From: Malacoraja senta
Taxonomy: Eukaryota
Reading direction: 5' to 3'
DNA length: 64,000 bases
NCBI GenBank assembly: GCA_038087875.1
Contig: CM076000.1
Span: forward strand, 1,426,001-1,490,000
Part shown: piece after piece, positions 61,622 through 64,000 of the stretch
How positions within the stretch are numbered: position 1 is the first letter of the stretch
Layout of the letters: every line of letters begins with the position of its first letter
The notes under the pieces: model-generated
The model's database searches: none
What the model was told of the DNA's origin: nothing
What the model saw: only the letters and a program-made list of their open reading frames with translations
Program-made: the position numbers and the translations under genes

Positions 61622-64000
61622 CTTAAAATAAACAAGTAAAACAATATGATTATCACTATGAGTTTTTTGCAATAATGCAAAACATTAAGGTTAAAACCAT
61701 AATGTTATTCACATTACTAACGTTATTCATATTATTCCCTTTATCATATATCTGTACACTGTGAATGGTTCTATTGTAATCATGTATTGTCTTTACACTG
61801 ACTGGTGAGCACGCAACAAAAGTTTTTCACTGTACCTCGGTACACATGACAAACTAAACTCAAGTAAAATAAACATACTACTAATCTTTTTGTACTATCC
61901 GACAATGCCTCTTGAATTAAAAAACAATAGATCCTCTGATTGTTCATTCAACAATAGCAGCTTATGATTACATAGAATGTAGCAAAACATCCCCAGACAT
62001 TTCATGGAAGTACAATTTAACATTATTTGACAAGCTATTCTGTGAGACCCCCCCCTCACATCGCTCCTCCCTCTGTGATTCCTGCTGCTCTCCGGCTCTA
62101 CGACTGTGACCCACTACCATAGCCACGTGTGTAAACCCCTGCAGTGAGTCTGAAGAAGGGAACCGATTCCTGTTCTCCAGAGATGCTTGCTGACCTGCGG
62201 AGTTACTCCAGCACTTTGTGTCGTTCTTTTACAAAGACATTAAGGCAAGTAACCTAAAGCTTGGTGAAAGGTGCAGGTTTTAATGAGTATATTAAAGGAG
62301 AAAAGACAAGTTTAAGATAGCTAAGTTTCACAAGGGAATTCCAGAACTGAAGGCAGAGTTTGCGATGGTGGAATGACTAAATTCATGAATGATCAAGAAA
62401 GTAGAATTGCTGGACGACTGGTATGGAGGGTTATTTATACAAGCTGGAAATTACAAACAATATGGAAAAGTGAGCCATGGAGGGAATTGAAAATATGGAT
62501 GAGGATTTTAAAATTGGTTAATTGGAAGCCAATACAAGTAATCAAACATGAGGTAATGGAGGAGTAGAACCTGAGTATCTAAAGTGTGTAGAAAGAAACT
62601 GCAGATGCTGGTATATACTGAACATTAGACACAAAGTGATGGAGTAACTCAGCAGGTCAGGCAGCATCTCTGGAGAAAAAGGATGGGTTAGAAAGGAACT
62701 GCAGATGCTGGTATATACCGAAGATATCTCCAAAGATTTTCTCTAGAGATGCTGCCTGATATGCTGAATTACTCCAGCACTTTGTGTCCATCTTGAGTAT
62801 CCAAGTCTGCATTCTAAGTTTTCGATGAGCTCAGTATTAGACAAAATAAAATGATCTAAGATACAACTCCTAGTGTGCAGCGTGAATAATTACAATTGAT
62901 TTCAGAATTCTTCGGATATAGAATTCAAAATTTGGTAGGAATGAAATTTGATCAATGACTTCTAGCAATACTGTGTTTATGGACATATTAACTCCAAGCT
63001 ATTTAAATACTATCCGAAAACCAAACAGAGAGCATTATGCCTTTTTGAGTCTGCAGAAGAGACGCAACACAAAACCTCGACTAGCCATTCCCTCCACAGA
63101 TGCTGCCCGACCTGCTAAGTTACTCCAGCAGAAAAGCAAGAAGCCCACAAATATCAGCCAGGAAATGATATGAAGAGTAGGAGTCAATCTACAAAGAAGT
63201 GAAGCAAGATTAATTGAATTTATGATTCAGTAAAATAAATTGCAGTTTTCCAATAAATCACACTTCCCACCATACAAGGAAGCCTGGAGAGAATGGATGT
63301 GGGGAAGATGTTTCCAATTGTGGTAGAGTCTAGGACCAGAGGGCATAGCCTCAGAATAAAAGGATTAGTTTAGTTTAGTTTACAGATACAGGGCGGAAAC
63401 AAGCCCTTCGGCCCATCGAGTCCGTGCCGACCAGCAATCCCTGCACACTAACACTATCCTACGCACACTAGGGACAATTTTCAATTATTTCAAGATTCAA
63501 GATTCAATTTAATTGTCACATGTACCAATTAAGGTACAGTGAAATTTGAGCTAATTTGAGCCAATTAACCTACAAACCTGTAGGTCTTTGGAGTCTGGAA
63601 ACCGGAGATCCCTGCGAAAACCCATGCAGGTCACGGGGAGAACATACGAACTCTGTACAGACAGCACCCATAGTCATAATAGAACCCGGGTCTCTGGCGC
63701 TGTAAGGCAGCAACTCTACCATTGCGCCAATGTGCCACCCTATATGTACGTTTAGAATGGAGCCGAGGAGGAATTTCTTTAGCCAGTGGGTGGTGAATCT
63801 GTGGAATTCATTGCCACAGGCAGCTGTGGAGGCCAAGTCATTGGGTATTTTTAAAGTGGAGATTGATAGATGATTAGTAAGGTTGTCAAAGGTTACGGAG
63901 AGAAGGCAGGAGAATGGGGTTGAGGGAAAAATAGACCAGCCATGATCGAATGGCAGAGTAGACTTGATTTGGCCTAATTCTGCTCCTATGTCTTATGAAT

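Overview
Vertebrate genomic DNA, most likely from a cartilaginous fish (skate or ray), inferred from HE1-type V-SINEs, HER1/CR1 LINEs and Penelope-derived repeats. Three spliced protein-coding genes lie on the minus strand. (1) The 5' end of an RFX8-type transcription factor gene: four exons encoding a complete RFX DNA-binding domain, continuing off the left edge. (2) The 3' nine exons (~451 aa) of a divergent RADX (CXorf57)-like ssDNA-binding protein. Its position just upstream of RFX8 suggests it is a RADX ohnolog that is absent from the equivalent human locus. (3) The last five coding exons and 3'UTR of LATS2 kinase. A 200-N assembly gap (35620-35819) separates the RADX-like/RFX8 block from LATS2, and I could not find the 5' exons of the RADX-like gene. 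The rest is repeat-dense: CR1/HER1, Rex1/Babar, L1 with target-site duplications (TSDs), RTE and Penelope remnants, Tc1 elements, Harbinger-like MITEs, a Helitron-like element, and many short repeats carrying a minimal hammerhead-ribozyme core. Exon boundaries were read by hand. Gene identities rest on recalled human protein sequences, not database searches, and repeat boundaries are approximate.
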